From the NCBI GenBank assembly GCA_965205975.1, contig OZ242195.1, positions 3,862,656-3,926,655 on the forward strand: DNA of 64,000 bases, written 5' to 3'. Positions within the stretch are counted from its first letter, which is position 1. Each line of letters starts with the position of its first letter. The position numbers and the translations under genes are program-made. Positions 19,644-28,134 of this stretch are shown one piece after another. The stretch is from Candidatus Latescibacterota bacterium. Lineage in GTDB: Bacteria; Latescibacterota; UBA2968. The notes below the pieces were generated by a model. It was not told the DNA's origin, ran no database searches, and saw only the letters and a list, made by a program, of their open reading frames with translations.

Positions 19644-20963
19644 CTATCCCCCCAAATACTTTGGCAGAGAAGTCGCCATCTCGGGAAACGCGATCACGAG
19701 CGTCAGCCCAATCAGTTGAATAATAATAAACGGAATAATCCCCCGATAAATATGGCCCGTGCGGACCTCGGGAGGCGCGACCCCCTTCAGATAAAAAAGT
19801 GAAAAACCAAAAGGCGGCGTCAAAAAAGAAGTCTGTAAATTCATCGCAATCAAAATACCCAACCACAGAAGATCCACACCCAACGCAACAAAAATAGGCG
19901 CCACAACCGGAACAATAATAAACGTAATCTCGATAAAATCGATAAAAAAGCCCGCCACAAAAATCATAACCATCACAAGCGCGAGAAACGCGCCCGGACT
20001 CATATTCGCCGAAAGAATCAGATTCGTCAAATACGCATCCCCGTGCATACCGCGAAACACCAGACCAAACGCCGTAGCACCCACCAGAATAATAAAAACC
20101 ATACACGTCAGATGCGTCGTCTCCACCATCACCGACTTCAGCGTCGCATAAGAAAACTTCTTTTGCAGCACCGTCAAAAGCGTCGCGCCAAACGCACCCA
20201 CAGCCGCCGCCTCGGTAGGCGAAGCAATCCCCGCAAAAATAGACCCCAGAACCGCAACAACGAGAACAGCCGGCAGAACAAAAGCCTGAAAAACGCGCCG
20301 CACCATCGCCCTGCCGTGAAACTGCGCGAGTTCTTCCTCCGGCATCGCCGGTGCCCACTCGGACTTAAAAACCGCGACCAAAACGAGATAAACCACATAG
20401 AGCAATACCAGAACAAAACCCGGCACCACAGCACCCACAAACATATCCCCAATCGAAACATTCAGCACACTACCCAACAGCACCAGCACAATACTCGGCG
20501 GAATAATCTGCCCCAAAGTACCCGACGCCGAAATCGTCCCCGTCGCCACCTCCGCACGGTATCCCCGCTTCAGCATCGTTGGCAAACTCAGCAAACCCAT
20601 CGTAACCACAGTCGCGCCAACAATACCCGTAGAAGCCCCGAACAGCGCCCCCACAGCAACCACAGAAATCGCCAGCCCCCCGCGCAAATGACCAAAAAGC
20701 AACGCCATAGTTTCCAGCAAATTCTCAGCCAAACCGGACTTCTCCAGCATCACCCCCATAAACACAAACAAAGGCACGGCAATCAGCACATAATTCGTCA
20801 TCACGCCCCAAATACGCAGGGGCAATAGATTAAAAAAAACCGGACCAAACGTCAAATAGCCCAAAATAAAAGAAACACCACCGAGCGTAAACGCAACGGG
20901 AAAACCGAGCAAAAGAAGAAGAAAAAGAACGCCAAACAGAATCAGGGGCATCGCCTCGATCAT
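19644..20963 (-). CDS. dctM: TRAP transporter large permease
   Basis: 439 aa, polytopic, with typical DctM conservation (FLALVMVMIFVAGFFIDFIE...). Confidence 0.9.
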   Translation of the reverse strand: MIEAMPLILFGVLFLLLLLGFPVAFTLGGVSFILGYLTFGPVFFNLLPLRIWGVMTNYVLIAVPLFVFMGVMLEKSGLAENLLETMALLFGHLRGGLAISVVAVGALFGASTGIVGATVVTMGLLSLPTMLKRGYRAEVATGTISASGTLGQIIPPSIVLVLLGSVLNVSIGDMFVGAVVPGFVLVLLYVVYLVLVAVFKSEWAPAMPEEELAQFHGRAMVRRVFQAFVLPAVLVVAVLGSIFAGIASPTEAAAVGAFGATLLTVLQKKFSYATLKSVMVETTHLTCMVFIILVGATAFGLVFRGMHGDAYLTNLILSANMSPGAFLALVMVMIFVAGFFIDFIEITFIIVPVVAPIFVALGVDLLWLGILIAMNLQTSFLTPPFGFSLFYLKGVAPPEVRTGHIYRGIIPFIIIQLIGLTLVIAFPEMATSLPKYLGG

Positions 20964-21478
20964 CCATCCACCTCCTCATCCCGAATGGAAAGCAAAGACC
21001 GACACGCCAGCCCCAGCCCCTGTAGCAAAAGCAGAACAAAACCAAGGGGAATAGCCGCCTTCAGCACCCACCGCGCGGGCAGACCCCCCGGATCGGGTGA
21101 CGTCTCCCCAATGTGGAATGCACTAACCACAAAATACTGCGAACTCACAATCACAATAATGCAAAACGGAATCAAAAACAGAACGCTGCCAATCAGATTC
21201 ACCCACGCCTTCTTACGAGCGGAAAACCGGCTATAGAAAACATCCACGCGCACGTGTTGATCGTGCTTGAGCGAATACGCAGCACCAAGCAAAAAAATCA
21301 GCGCGAACAAATGCCATTCCAATTCCTGAACAGCCACCAGGCTATTCTTCAGCAAATAGCGGGTAAAAACATCGTAACAAACCACCGCCACCAGCACAGC
21401 GGTAAGCCACGCAATCGCCCTGCCAACGCGCTCATTTAAACCATCGACAAATCGGATATATGCTCTTAAAACCTGCAA
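20960..21478 (-). CDS. dctQ: TRAP transporter small permease
   Basis: 4-TM protein overlapping the dctM start by 4 nt. The ATG at 21577 in the track lies inside an upstream terminator hairpin, so I propose an internal TTG (L34) preceded by an AGGAG RBS. The start is uncertain. Confidence 0.7.
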   Translation of the reverse strand: MQVLRAYIRFVDGLNERVGRAIAWLTAVLVAVVCYDVFTRYLLKNSLVAVQELEWHLFALIFLLGAAYSLKHDQHVRVDVFYSRFSARKKAWVNLIGSVLFLIPFCIIVIVSSQYFVVSAFHIGETSPDPGGLPARWVLKAAIPLGFVLLLLQGLGLACRSLLSIRDEEVDG

Positions 21479-21560
21479 AATGCGCTCCTGAAAAAATGGT
21501 TCAAAGAATATAAATAAATTCGCATAGTAGAAGAGAAAAAACGAATACAAAACCAACAGC

Positions 21561-21601
21561 AAAAAGTCCGGATACACGATATGGTATCCGGACTTTTTTT
21601 T
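21561..21601. terminator. Rho-independent terminator (bidirectional: A-run, perfect 10-bp stem, T-run)
   Basis: AAAAAGTCCGGATAC-ACGATATG-GTATCCGGACTTTTTTTT. Confidence 0.85.
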
Positions 21602-21623
21602 AAAGTTCAGGCTTTGGGTATTC

Positions 21624-21989
21624 TCAAGTGTGGTATTTTCGGTAAAATTCTTTTACTATTTTGGATGTGCGTTTAGATTTACATAGACCTGCATGCATCC
21701 TATATAATAATTCATTGGATATAGTTTCTTGTTGCTTTCCCTGTCTTTTAATATATTCGACATTGGATTCTTTGATTATGCTCGCTTTTCCGTATAGAAC
21801 GACAGATTTTTTTCTTATGAAGGGATGTTCACCAGGTTGAATAATACAAGTCTCATCTGAATTTTTACGCCATGATGTGATATTCACTATTATTGCTTGT
21901 GGTGGGTCGCCCAAATAATCTGTTAAAAATATATGTAAATGATAGCCCCCACCATCTTCAAACAAATAACACTCGCCAGCTAATGACAT
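21624..21989 (-). CDS. uncharacterised small protein encoded immediately downstream of a Panacea-domain gene; candidate toxin
   Basis: 121 aa: MSLAGECYLFEDGGGYHLHIFLTDYLG... Its N-terminus is homologous to ORF 59733..59966 (MGLAGTCILAQDEIGIRKHLLIFVTDLV). AT-rich. Confidence 0.5.
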   Translation of the reverse strand: MSLAGECYLFEDGGGYHLHIFLTDYLGDPPQAIIVNITSWRKNSDETCIIQPGEHPFIRKKSVVLYGKASIIKESNVEYIKRQGKQQETISNELLYRMHAGLCKSKRTSKIVKEFYRKYHT

Positions 21990-21991
21990 AT

Positions 21992-22570
21992 TTATCCAAT
22001 TAACTTATCGTAAAATAGCATGACACGCATTTCGTCTTTTATTGCCATTAAATCTTCTCCGTCCCATCCTGTAACATTGAAAAGTGTAGTCCAGGATATT
22101 GGTGTAGAAGTCTCGCCAGATTCCTCAAATTCAGGTAGAGAATGCGTATATTCTTTTAACTCTTGAAAACTCATATTTCCGTACTTTTTAAATACATCAT
22201 TCATTAATTCAATTTCTATCTCGGATAATTCCCCATCATCTACATCAAATGTTTTCAACCTCACAATATGATCTGTTTGAGAATATGAAAAGTACTTTGA
22301 CCAATATTCTCCTTTCTTCTTTTCGCATGCAAGATCATAGGTATTACTCAACACAGGACCAAAAGGCATATTGAATGGCCTGTCAAATGTTACAAGGTCG
22401 CCAAATTTTTCTAAGCCACGCCGATCAATTAGATACATCAGTTTAATGAGCTTGTACAAATCAATTTTGCCACCATTGCGTTTTGCCAACAACGTAGCGA
22501 TTTGTACGGTTTTTAACTCCTTGAAAGCGGGAACATCACTGTCGGAAACAAAAACCTTATCCTTGACCAT
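21992..22570 (-). CDS. Panacea-domain (DUF4065, SocA/PanA-like antitoxin) protein
   Basis: DLYKLIKLMYLIDRRGLEKFGDLVTFDRPFNMPFGPVLSNTYDL is the Panacea core. The ATG is at M18, with an AAGGAGG RBS. The paralog is at 59957..60661. Confidence 0.7.
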   Translation of the reverse strand: MVKDKVFVSDSDVPAFKELKTVQIATLLAKRNGGKIDLYKLIKLMYLIDRRGLEKFGDLVTFDRPFNMPFGPVLSNTYDLACEKKKGEYWSKYFSYSQTDHIVRLKTFDVDDGELSEIEIELMNDVFKKYGNMSFQELKEYTHSLPEFEESGETSTPISWTTLFNVTGWDGEDLMAIKDEMRVMLFYDKLIG

Positions 22571-22845
22571 CTTGACCTCCTTACACAGGGGAATATAAGG
22601 GGAAGGTTTGAGGTTAGACACCTTATCCTATATTAAATATAGAGAACCGATACTCCTGCGTCAAATTTTAAGGAGAATCCCTATATCCCAAACTACGCTA
22701 TTTATTGAGTTTTAACTCCTCACCTACTTCAATCTTCGCGTCAATTTTTATTCTCGTCACGGCAGCAAAACATGATCCTTGATATGGAATCGTTTTTTGT
22801 GTAAATTTAATTTGTCATTTTAGATTTACACAAAAAAACGCGCTT

Positions 22846-24000
22846 ATGAATTACCGTCCTCGACAAATTGAACCCATCCTGTCCGACTATCTCAATGCAT
22901 TCCCTGTGGTCGGCATTACAGGACCTCGGCAATCTGGAAAATCCACGCTCCTCCAGCAGGTACTGCGCGATGCTTACACCTACGTCACCTTTGACGACAT
23001 AAGACAACTGGCATTATTTGAAGACGACCCCGAAAAATTTATGCAAATGTATCACCACCGCGTTATTTTTGACGAAGTTCAAAAAGCCCCTGCACTTTTC
23101 AACCACATCAAGCTCGCCGTTGATCGAGATCGCGATACCTATGGCAAATTTGTACTCACCGGATCCAGCCAATTCACGCTCATGCAAAATGTAGCGGACA
23201 GTCTGGCAGGGCGCATTGGTTTATTGTCACTTCTCCCCTTTGATCATCGAGAATTGCCCAAAGCACTTTGTGCAACAGCGATATGGCGCGGCTGTTATCC
23301 CGAACTGGTCACGCGCCATTATCGCAATGCCGACGATTGGTATGCCTCCTATATCGAAACCTACCTCGCACGCGATGTGCGAGACGTGGCACAAATTGGC
23401 AATCTGCGCGATTTTCGGAACTTGATCCAGTTACTCGCTGCAAATACGGCCCAGATACTCAACATGTCTCGCCTCGCCAGTGACCTCGGCGTAACAATGC
23501 CCACAATCAAACGGTGGATTTCCATATTAGAAATGTCCTATGTCATCTTTCTCTTGCCCCCTTATTTTCGGAACTTCGGCAAACGGGTTATCAAACGCCC
23601 CAAAATATATTTTTACGACACGGGCCTCGTATCGGCTCTCACGGGCATTCGGACTGAAGAAATGTATGACCGCGGACCCATGGCTGGTACACTCTTTGAA
23701 AATTATATCCTATCTCAAATCCTCAAACACCACAAACACACCAATCGACGTTGTGAATTTTATTTTTACCGAACCAGTCATGGCGTAGAAATCGATCTCG
23801 TTATCGACACGGGACAAACCCGTCATTTTGTCGAAATAAAAAAAACCGCGACCTTTAGACCTCGCCTGATAAAAACACTCCATACACTCGCTTCTCAAGC
23901 CGACACAGCGACACTGATCTATCAGGGAGAATCACTGCCCGATTACAGCGGTATTCGCATTTGCAACTGGTCGAATTACCTCACCCCAAAAAAGGAGTAA
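22846..24000 (+). CDS. AAA-family ATPase with a DUF4143 C-terminal domain
   Basis: Walker A GITGPRQSGKSTLL, Walker B VIFDEVQ, and the DUF4143 region (FYRTSHGVEIDLVID). Confidence 0.85.
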   Translation: MNYRPRQIEPILSDYLNAFPVVGITGPRQSGKSTLLQQVLRDAYTYVTFDDIRQLALFEDDPEKFMQMYHHRVIFDEVQKAPALFNHIKLAVDRDRDTYGKFVLTGSSQFTLMQNVADSLAGRIGLLSLLPFDHRELPKALCATAIWRGCYPELVTRHYRNADDWYASYIETYLARDVRDVAQIGNLRDFRNLIQLLAANTAQILNMSRLASDLGVTMPTIKRWISILEMSYVIFLLPPYFRNFGKRVIKRPKIYFYDTGLVSALTGIRTEEMYDRGPMAGTLFENYILSQILKHHKHTNRRCEFYFYRTSHGVEIDLVIDTGQTRHFVEIKKTATFRPRLIKTLHTLASQADTATLIYQGESLPDYSGIRICNWSNYLTPKKE

Positions 24001-24005
24001 CTGCC

Positions 24006-25436
24006 ATGCCAGAACAACCGAACATCCTCCTCTTCATCAGCGACCAACAGCGCACGGACACCTTGAAATGTTATGGCAACGACTGGATACAATCGCCGCA
24101 TCAAGACGCCCTTGCAGAGCGCAGCTTCGTCTTTGAAAACACCTACGTCACACAGCCCGTATGCACCCCTGCACGCGGATCCTTAATGACGGGTCTCTAC
24201 CCGCACAACCACGAATGCATGGTCAACCGCGACATATTGCGCGACGAAATCCCATCCATCGCGGAAATGCTACCCGACACCTATCGAAAAGCCATGTTTG
24301 GAAAATGGCACCTCGGCGACGACTCCGTGCGACAACACGGCTTTGACGAATGGATCAGCACAGAAGACGACCACCGCAACAAATACTCCCGCCCCGGCTT
24401 GCCTTTCAGCAGCTATTACTACTGGATGAAAGAACAGGGCATAGAACCCCAAAACAACAGCGCCACCGGAGAAATCATCTTCTCACCGCGCCAGCGATCC
24501 CAACTCCCCGCAGAATACCAGATGGCCACCTTCATCGCCAACCACTCCGAGCGATTCATCCGGGAAAACACACACCGCCCGTGGCTCCTCGTATTCAGCA
24601 CATTTGAACCACACCCCCCAATGACCGGACCCTACGACGGCATGTACGACCCCGATGCCCTACCCGTAGGTCCCACCTTCATGAAAAAACCAGAAGGACA
24701 CGCCCTGTTTAACCGCGCCCGCGCAGAACACTACCTCAGCAACAGAGTTGAAGGCCAGGACCTGCGACAAGAACAATCCTGGCGAAAACTGCGAGCGCAA
24801 TACTACGGCAACGTAAAAATCATCGACGACGCCATAGGCCGCATGGTACAGGCACTGGAAGAAACCGGACAAATGGAAAACACCATCTTTGCCGTCACCA
24901 GTGACCACGGTGAAATGGCAGGCGACCATGCCATGCTGGAAAAACGCGCATTCTACGAAGAATCTGCACGCGTACCCATGATCTTAAGCGTCCCGTGGCT
25001 CACACAAACGCAAGAGCGCATCGACGGCGTCTTTGGACACGCGGACCTGATCGCAACCCTCATAGAATTGGCCAATCAGCCACTCTCAGACGCCCTCCCG
25101 GGCCGCCCGTGTGCCGACGTCTTAAACGGCAGCGCCGACCTGCGCGACCACACCGCATTCATGGAATGGAACGGCATTGGCGACCGCAACCTGGGCAACC
25201 CCAAAATCAACCTCATGGCAACCTTGCCCTGGCGCTGTGCCGTAACCGGAGACCGGTGGAAACTCAACTTATGTGCCGGCGACCAGTGCGAATTATTTGA
25301 CCTGAACAACGACCCTTATGAAGAAACCAATCTCTTTGACGACCCTGCACACCGCGACCGGGCGCGGGAAATCGCGGCTCGCATTCGCCTGTGGCAACAC
25401 GAAACAAATGACCGCGCGCCCTTGCCAGCGATTTAA
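24006..25436 (+). CDS. sulfatase (Cys-type)
   Basis: PNILLFISDQQRTD, CTPARGSLMTG (C-x-P-x-R), GKWHLG, TSDHGEM. The ATG is at M16 of the track ORF, with an AAGGAG RBS. Confidence 0.88.
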   Translation: MPEQPNILLFISDQQRTDTLKCYGNDWIQSPHQDALAERSFVFENTYVTQPVCTPARGSLMTGLYPHNHECMVNRDILRDEIPSIAEMLPDTYRKAMFGKWHLGDDSVRQHGFDEWISTEDDHRNKYSRPGLPFSSYYYWMKEQGIEPQNNSATGEIIFSPRQRSQLPAEYQMATFIANHSERFIRENTHRPWLLVFSTFEPHPPMTGPYDGMYDPDALPVGPTFMKKPEGHALFNRARAEHYLSNRVEGQDLRQEQSWRKLRAQYYGNVKIIDDAIGRMVQALEETGQMENTIFAVTSDHGEMAGDHAMLEKRAFYEESARVPMILSVPWLTQTQERIDGVFGHADLIATLIELANQPLSDALPGRPCADVLNGSADLRDHTAFMEWNGIGDRNLGNPKINLMATLPWRCAVTGDRWKLNLCAGDQCELFDLNNDPYEETNLFDDPAHRDRAREIAARIRLWQHETNDRAPLPAI

Positions 25437-25739
25437 GATCGCAGACGGGAAGGCACACGCAGGGGCGAGGCATGCCTCGCCCCTACACGAATTAACAATA
25501 TCACCACCTTTACAATTTATCTTGCATATAAGAGGAGAATGACTATATTGCATATCGAGTGAGAACGCGGAATTGCGGGTATTAGTCATTCTTTCGCAGA
25601 GCCTCCCCTATCTCTGCTAACTGTGCCCTTCCTCACCTTCCGAGTATCTCGCTTTTTTTCCCTCTACAATTCGTTCCGACTCTCTATTTCTATCAGAGAG
25701 CGGTGTAGTTATGTTTCACATCTCTTAAGGAATCCCGTC

Positions 25740-25952
25740 ATGAACGACACGGCATTGTTAAAACTGCTGGCGGCTGGGATAGACGAAGACGTTGCTGCTA
25801 CACAACTGAACATTTCTCCCCAACAAGTTAAAGGACGAATCAGAGAATATTTGCAAGCAGGCATCTTAAATTGCAATGGCGAACGCGAAACCATCAACTG
25901 GAAAGCCTTTGGCAAATGGAAAAAACTGGCACAAACTGTTGAAACCGTATAG
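25740..25952 (+). CDS. hypothetical small protein (70 aa)
   Basis: MNDTALLKLLAAGIDEDVAATQLNISPQQVKGRIREYL... followed by an intrinsic terminator. The function is unknown. Confidence 0.35.
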   Translation: MNDTALLKLLAAGIDEDVAATQLNISPQQVKGRIREYLQAGILNCNGERETINWKAFGKWKKLAQTVETV

Positions 25953-25982
25953 AAAAAGCAAAATGGATTTATGTAACAAGAT

Positions 25983-26016
25983 GGGCAGTCGCATGTGTGC
26001 AACTGCCCGTTTTTTA
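25983..26016 (+). terminator. Rho-independent terminator
   Basis: GGGCAGT-CGCATGTGTGCA-ACTGCCC followed by GTTTTTTATC. It lies inside the track's N-terminal extension of the next ORF, which argues for a later start for that gene. Confidence 0.75.
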
Positions 26017-26031
26017 TCTGGAGAAAGAAGC

Positions 26032-27240
26032 GTGGGAATAGGTAAACGGTACACCTCCATACTCTTTCTTTTATACTTCGCTACATCTGTCTCAGCAACA
26101 CAGCTACAAATGGGTGTAGATGTATTTTTGGAACACCACACCCATCTGGTAGCGGACGCACGGGTTGGATTAATCACCAATCCCACCGGACGCACAAAAA
26201 CAGGCATCACCACAATCAATGCCTTGCAACAGCATCCCGACGTCAATCTCGTCGCCCTATTTGCACTTGAACACGGAATCAAAGCAAAAGCAAAAGCCGG
26301 CGAACACGTGCGCGACACGCAAATAGACAGCCTACCCGTATATTCCCTCTACGGAAGCGGCCGCTCCTTAAAATCCGCACTGGACAACATCGACGTCATA
26401 ATCTACGACATACAGGACGTAGGCAGCAGAGCCTACACCTACATCTGGAGCCTGAGCAAAATCATAAAAGCCGCGGGCGAACACGACAAGCGCGTCATCG
26501 TCCTCGACCGCCCCAATCCCCTCGGCGGGCGAACAATAGATGGTCCCATAACCGAAGAAAAATGGCGATCCTTAGTCGCGGGCTATTATCCAGTACCCCG
26601 CGCGTATGGACTCACAGTAGGCGAACTCGCGCGGTATCTCAACCGGGAACACCTGCTCGCGTGCTCCCTCACAGTCGTCCCCATGAAAGGATACCAGCGC
26701 AACACGCGCTGGACAGACATCGGACGCGAATGGATCCCGCCATCGCCCAACATCCCATCGCCTCAGGCTGCCATAACCTTTGCCGCAACCGGAACCATAG
26801 GCGCATTGGGAACCCTACACATCGGCGTTGGAACCGACATGTCCTTTCAAATCGTTGGCGCGCCGTGGATCAACGCAGAAAAAACAGCTCGCGACCTGAA
26901 CGCCATGCAACTGCCCGGCGTAGAATTTCAACCCATAACACTTACACCCGACACATGGCTCTTTCGCAACAAAAAAGTACAGGCTATATTCCTATACATA
27001 ACAGACCCCATCGCCTTTCGCCCAACGCGCACAGAAGTAGCCATACTCGCCCATCTCGTGGCAACATATCCCGAATTCAAAATCCCAAAAGACCGGTATG
27101 AACGCTTTGACCAAGCCATGGGAACCAGCACCGTACGCGAAGCCCTCTTAAAAGGCGACACCGCGCGGGAAATATGGGAGCGATGGAAAGGGGAATTGGA
27201 GAAATTCGCTACTGTGAGGGAAAAATACTTTTTGTATTAA
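26032..27240 (+). CDS. DUF1343-family protein (NamZ/YbbC-like exo-beta-N-acetylmuramidase family), secreted
   Basis: GTG start after a GGAGAAAG RBS, signal peptide GIGKRYTSILFLLYFATSVSA, and DUF1343-typical length and conservation (GLITNPTG..., DIQDVG). Confidence 0.6.
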   Translation: MGIGKRYTSILFLLYFATSVSATQLQMGVDVFLEHHTHLVADARVGLITNPTGRTKTGITTINALQQHPDVNLVALFALEHGIKAKAKAGEHVRDTQIDSLPVYSLYGSGRSLKSALDNIDVIIYDIQDVGSRAYTYIWSLSKIIKAAGEHDKRVIVLDRPNPLGGRTIDGPITEEKWRSLVAGYYPVPRAYGLTVGELARYLNREHLLACSLTVVPMKGYQRNTRWTDIGREWIPPSPNIPSPQAAITFAATGTIGALGTLHIGVGTDMSFQIVGAPWINAEKTARDLNAMQLPGVEFQPITLTPDTWLFRNKKVQAIFLYITDPIAFRPTRTEVAILAHLVATYPEFKIPKDRYERFDQAMGTSTVREALLKGDTAREIWERWKGELEKFATVREKYFLY

Positions 27241-27338
27241 ACCTTCTGGATCGCGGCTCAAAACCATGCCGCGATGACGGGCGGGTACGGGGACCCGCCC
27301 CTACAATCTGGATCGCAGATCAATAAAGGAACATCACA

Positions 27339-27995
27339 ATGCCCGGCATCATCTTCTGGGATGTTGATACCCAATACGACTTCATCATGCCCGACGGCAA
27401 ACTCTACGTCACCGCATCGGAAAAACGCTTGCCAAATCTCAAAAAACTCACAGACTATGCCAGACAGCGGGGCATCCCCATCTACGGCTCGGTTGACAAC
27501 CACCAGATAGCAGACCCTGAAATCTCCGACACCCCGGACTTTCAGGAGACCTTTCCGCCCCACTGCATAGCTGGAACCTCTGGACAAAAAAAAGTACCCG
27601 AAACCCAACCGCAAAACCCCCTCTGGATCGACCCGGACGCCTCGGGCGGCCTCATCGACCAAGTACAAAAACACCGCGGTGAAATCATCTTTCGCAAACA
27701 GCACTTTGACGTCTTCACCAACCCCAACGTCGAACCCGTACTCAACGCCATCAAACCCGACCGCATCGTCCTCTACGGCGTAGCCCTCGACGTCTGCAAC
27801 GCCTACGCAATTAACGGCTTCTTAAAACGCAACACAGCGCCCATACAACTCGTCCTGGACGCCGCACAAGCCATCGACCCCGAACGCGGCGACCGCATGG
27901 TAGCCGAATGGCGACAACAGGGCGTTGAAATCGTATCGACGGATGAAATTGTCAACCCTAAAAACGTAAAAGCAACCACAGATGAACACAGATAA
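27339..27995 (+). CDS. isochorismatase-family cysteine hydrolase
   Basis: IFWDVDTQYDF, the nucleophile context in VLYGVALDVCN, and the family length. The C-terminal 7 codons (ATTDEHR) are supplied by repeat module C. Confidence 0.7.
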   Translation: MPGIIFWDVDTQYDFIMPDGKLYVTASEKRLPNLKKLTDYARQRGIPIYGSVDNHQIADPEISDTPDFQETFPPHCIAGTSGQKKVPETQPQNPLWIDPDASGGLIDQVQKHRGEIIFRKQHFDVFTNPNVEPVLNAIKPDRIVLYGVALDVCNAYAINGFLKRNTAPIQLVLDAAQAIDPERGDRMVAEWRQQGVEIVSTDEIVNPKNVKATTDEHR

Positions 27996-28112
27996 ACACA
28001 GATGAAAAGCAAAAGCCTGCCCCTGCATGGTGTTGAGCAGGGGGCAAAAAACTCTGGATCGCGGCTAAAAACCATACCGCGATGACGGGCGACCACAAGG
28101 GTCGCCCCTACA
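27970..28112. repeat. composite intergenic repeat (modules C+D+B+A variant)
   Basis: AGCAACCACAGATGAACACAGATAAACACAGATGAAAAGCAAAAGC; the CCCCTGCATGGTGTTGAGCAGGGGG hairpin; CTGGATCGCGGC..GCCGCGATGAC; GGGCGACCACAAGGGTCGCCCCTACA. Confidence 0.85.
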
Positions 28113-28134
28113 CACTTCAACCTACACACTTCCC

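Noticed and set aside
22798-22830. Palindrome TGTGTAAAT...ATTTACACA upstream of the AAA/DUF4143 ATPase gene, as a possible operator.
   Set aside because: A single occurrence in an AT-rich intergenic region, with no partner regulator identified. Too weak to call.
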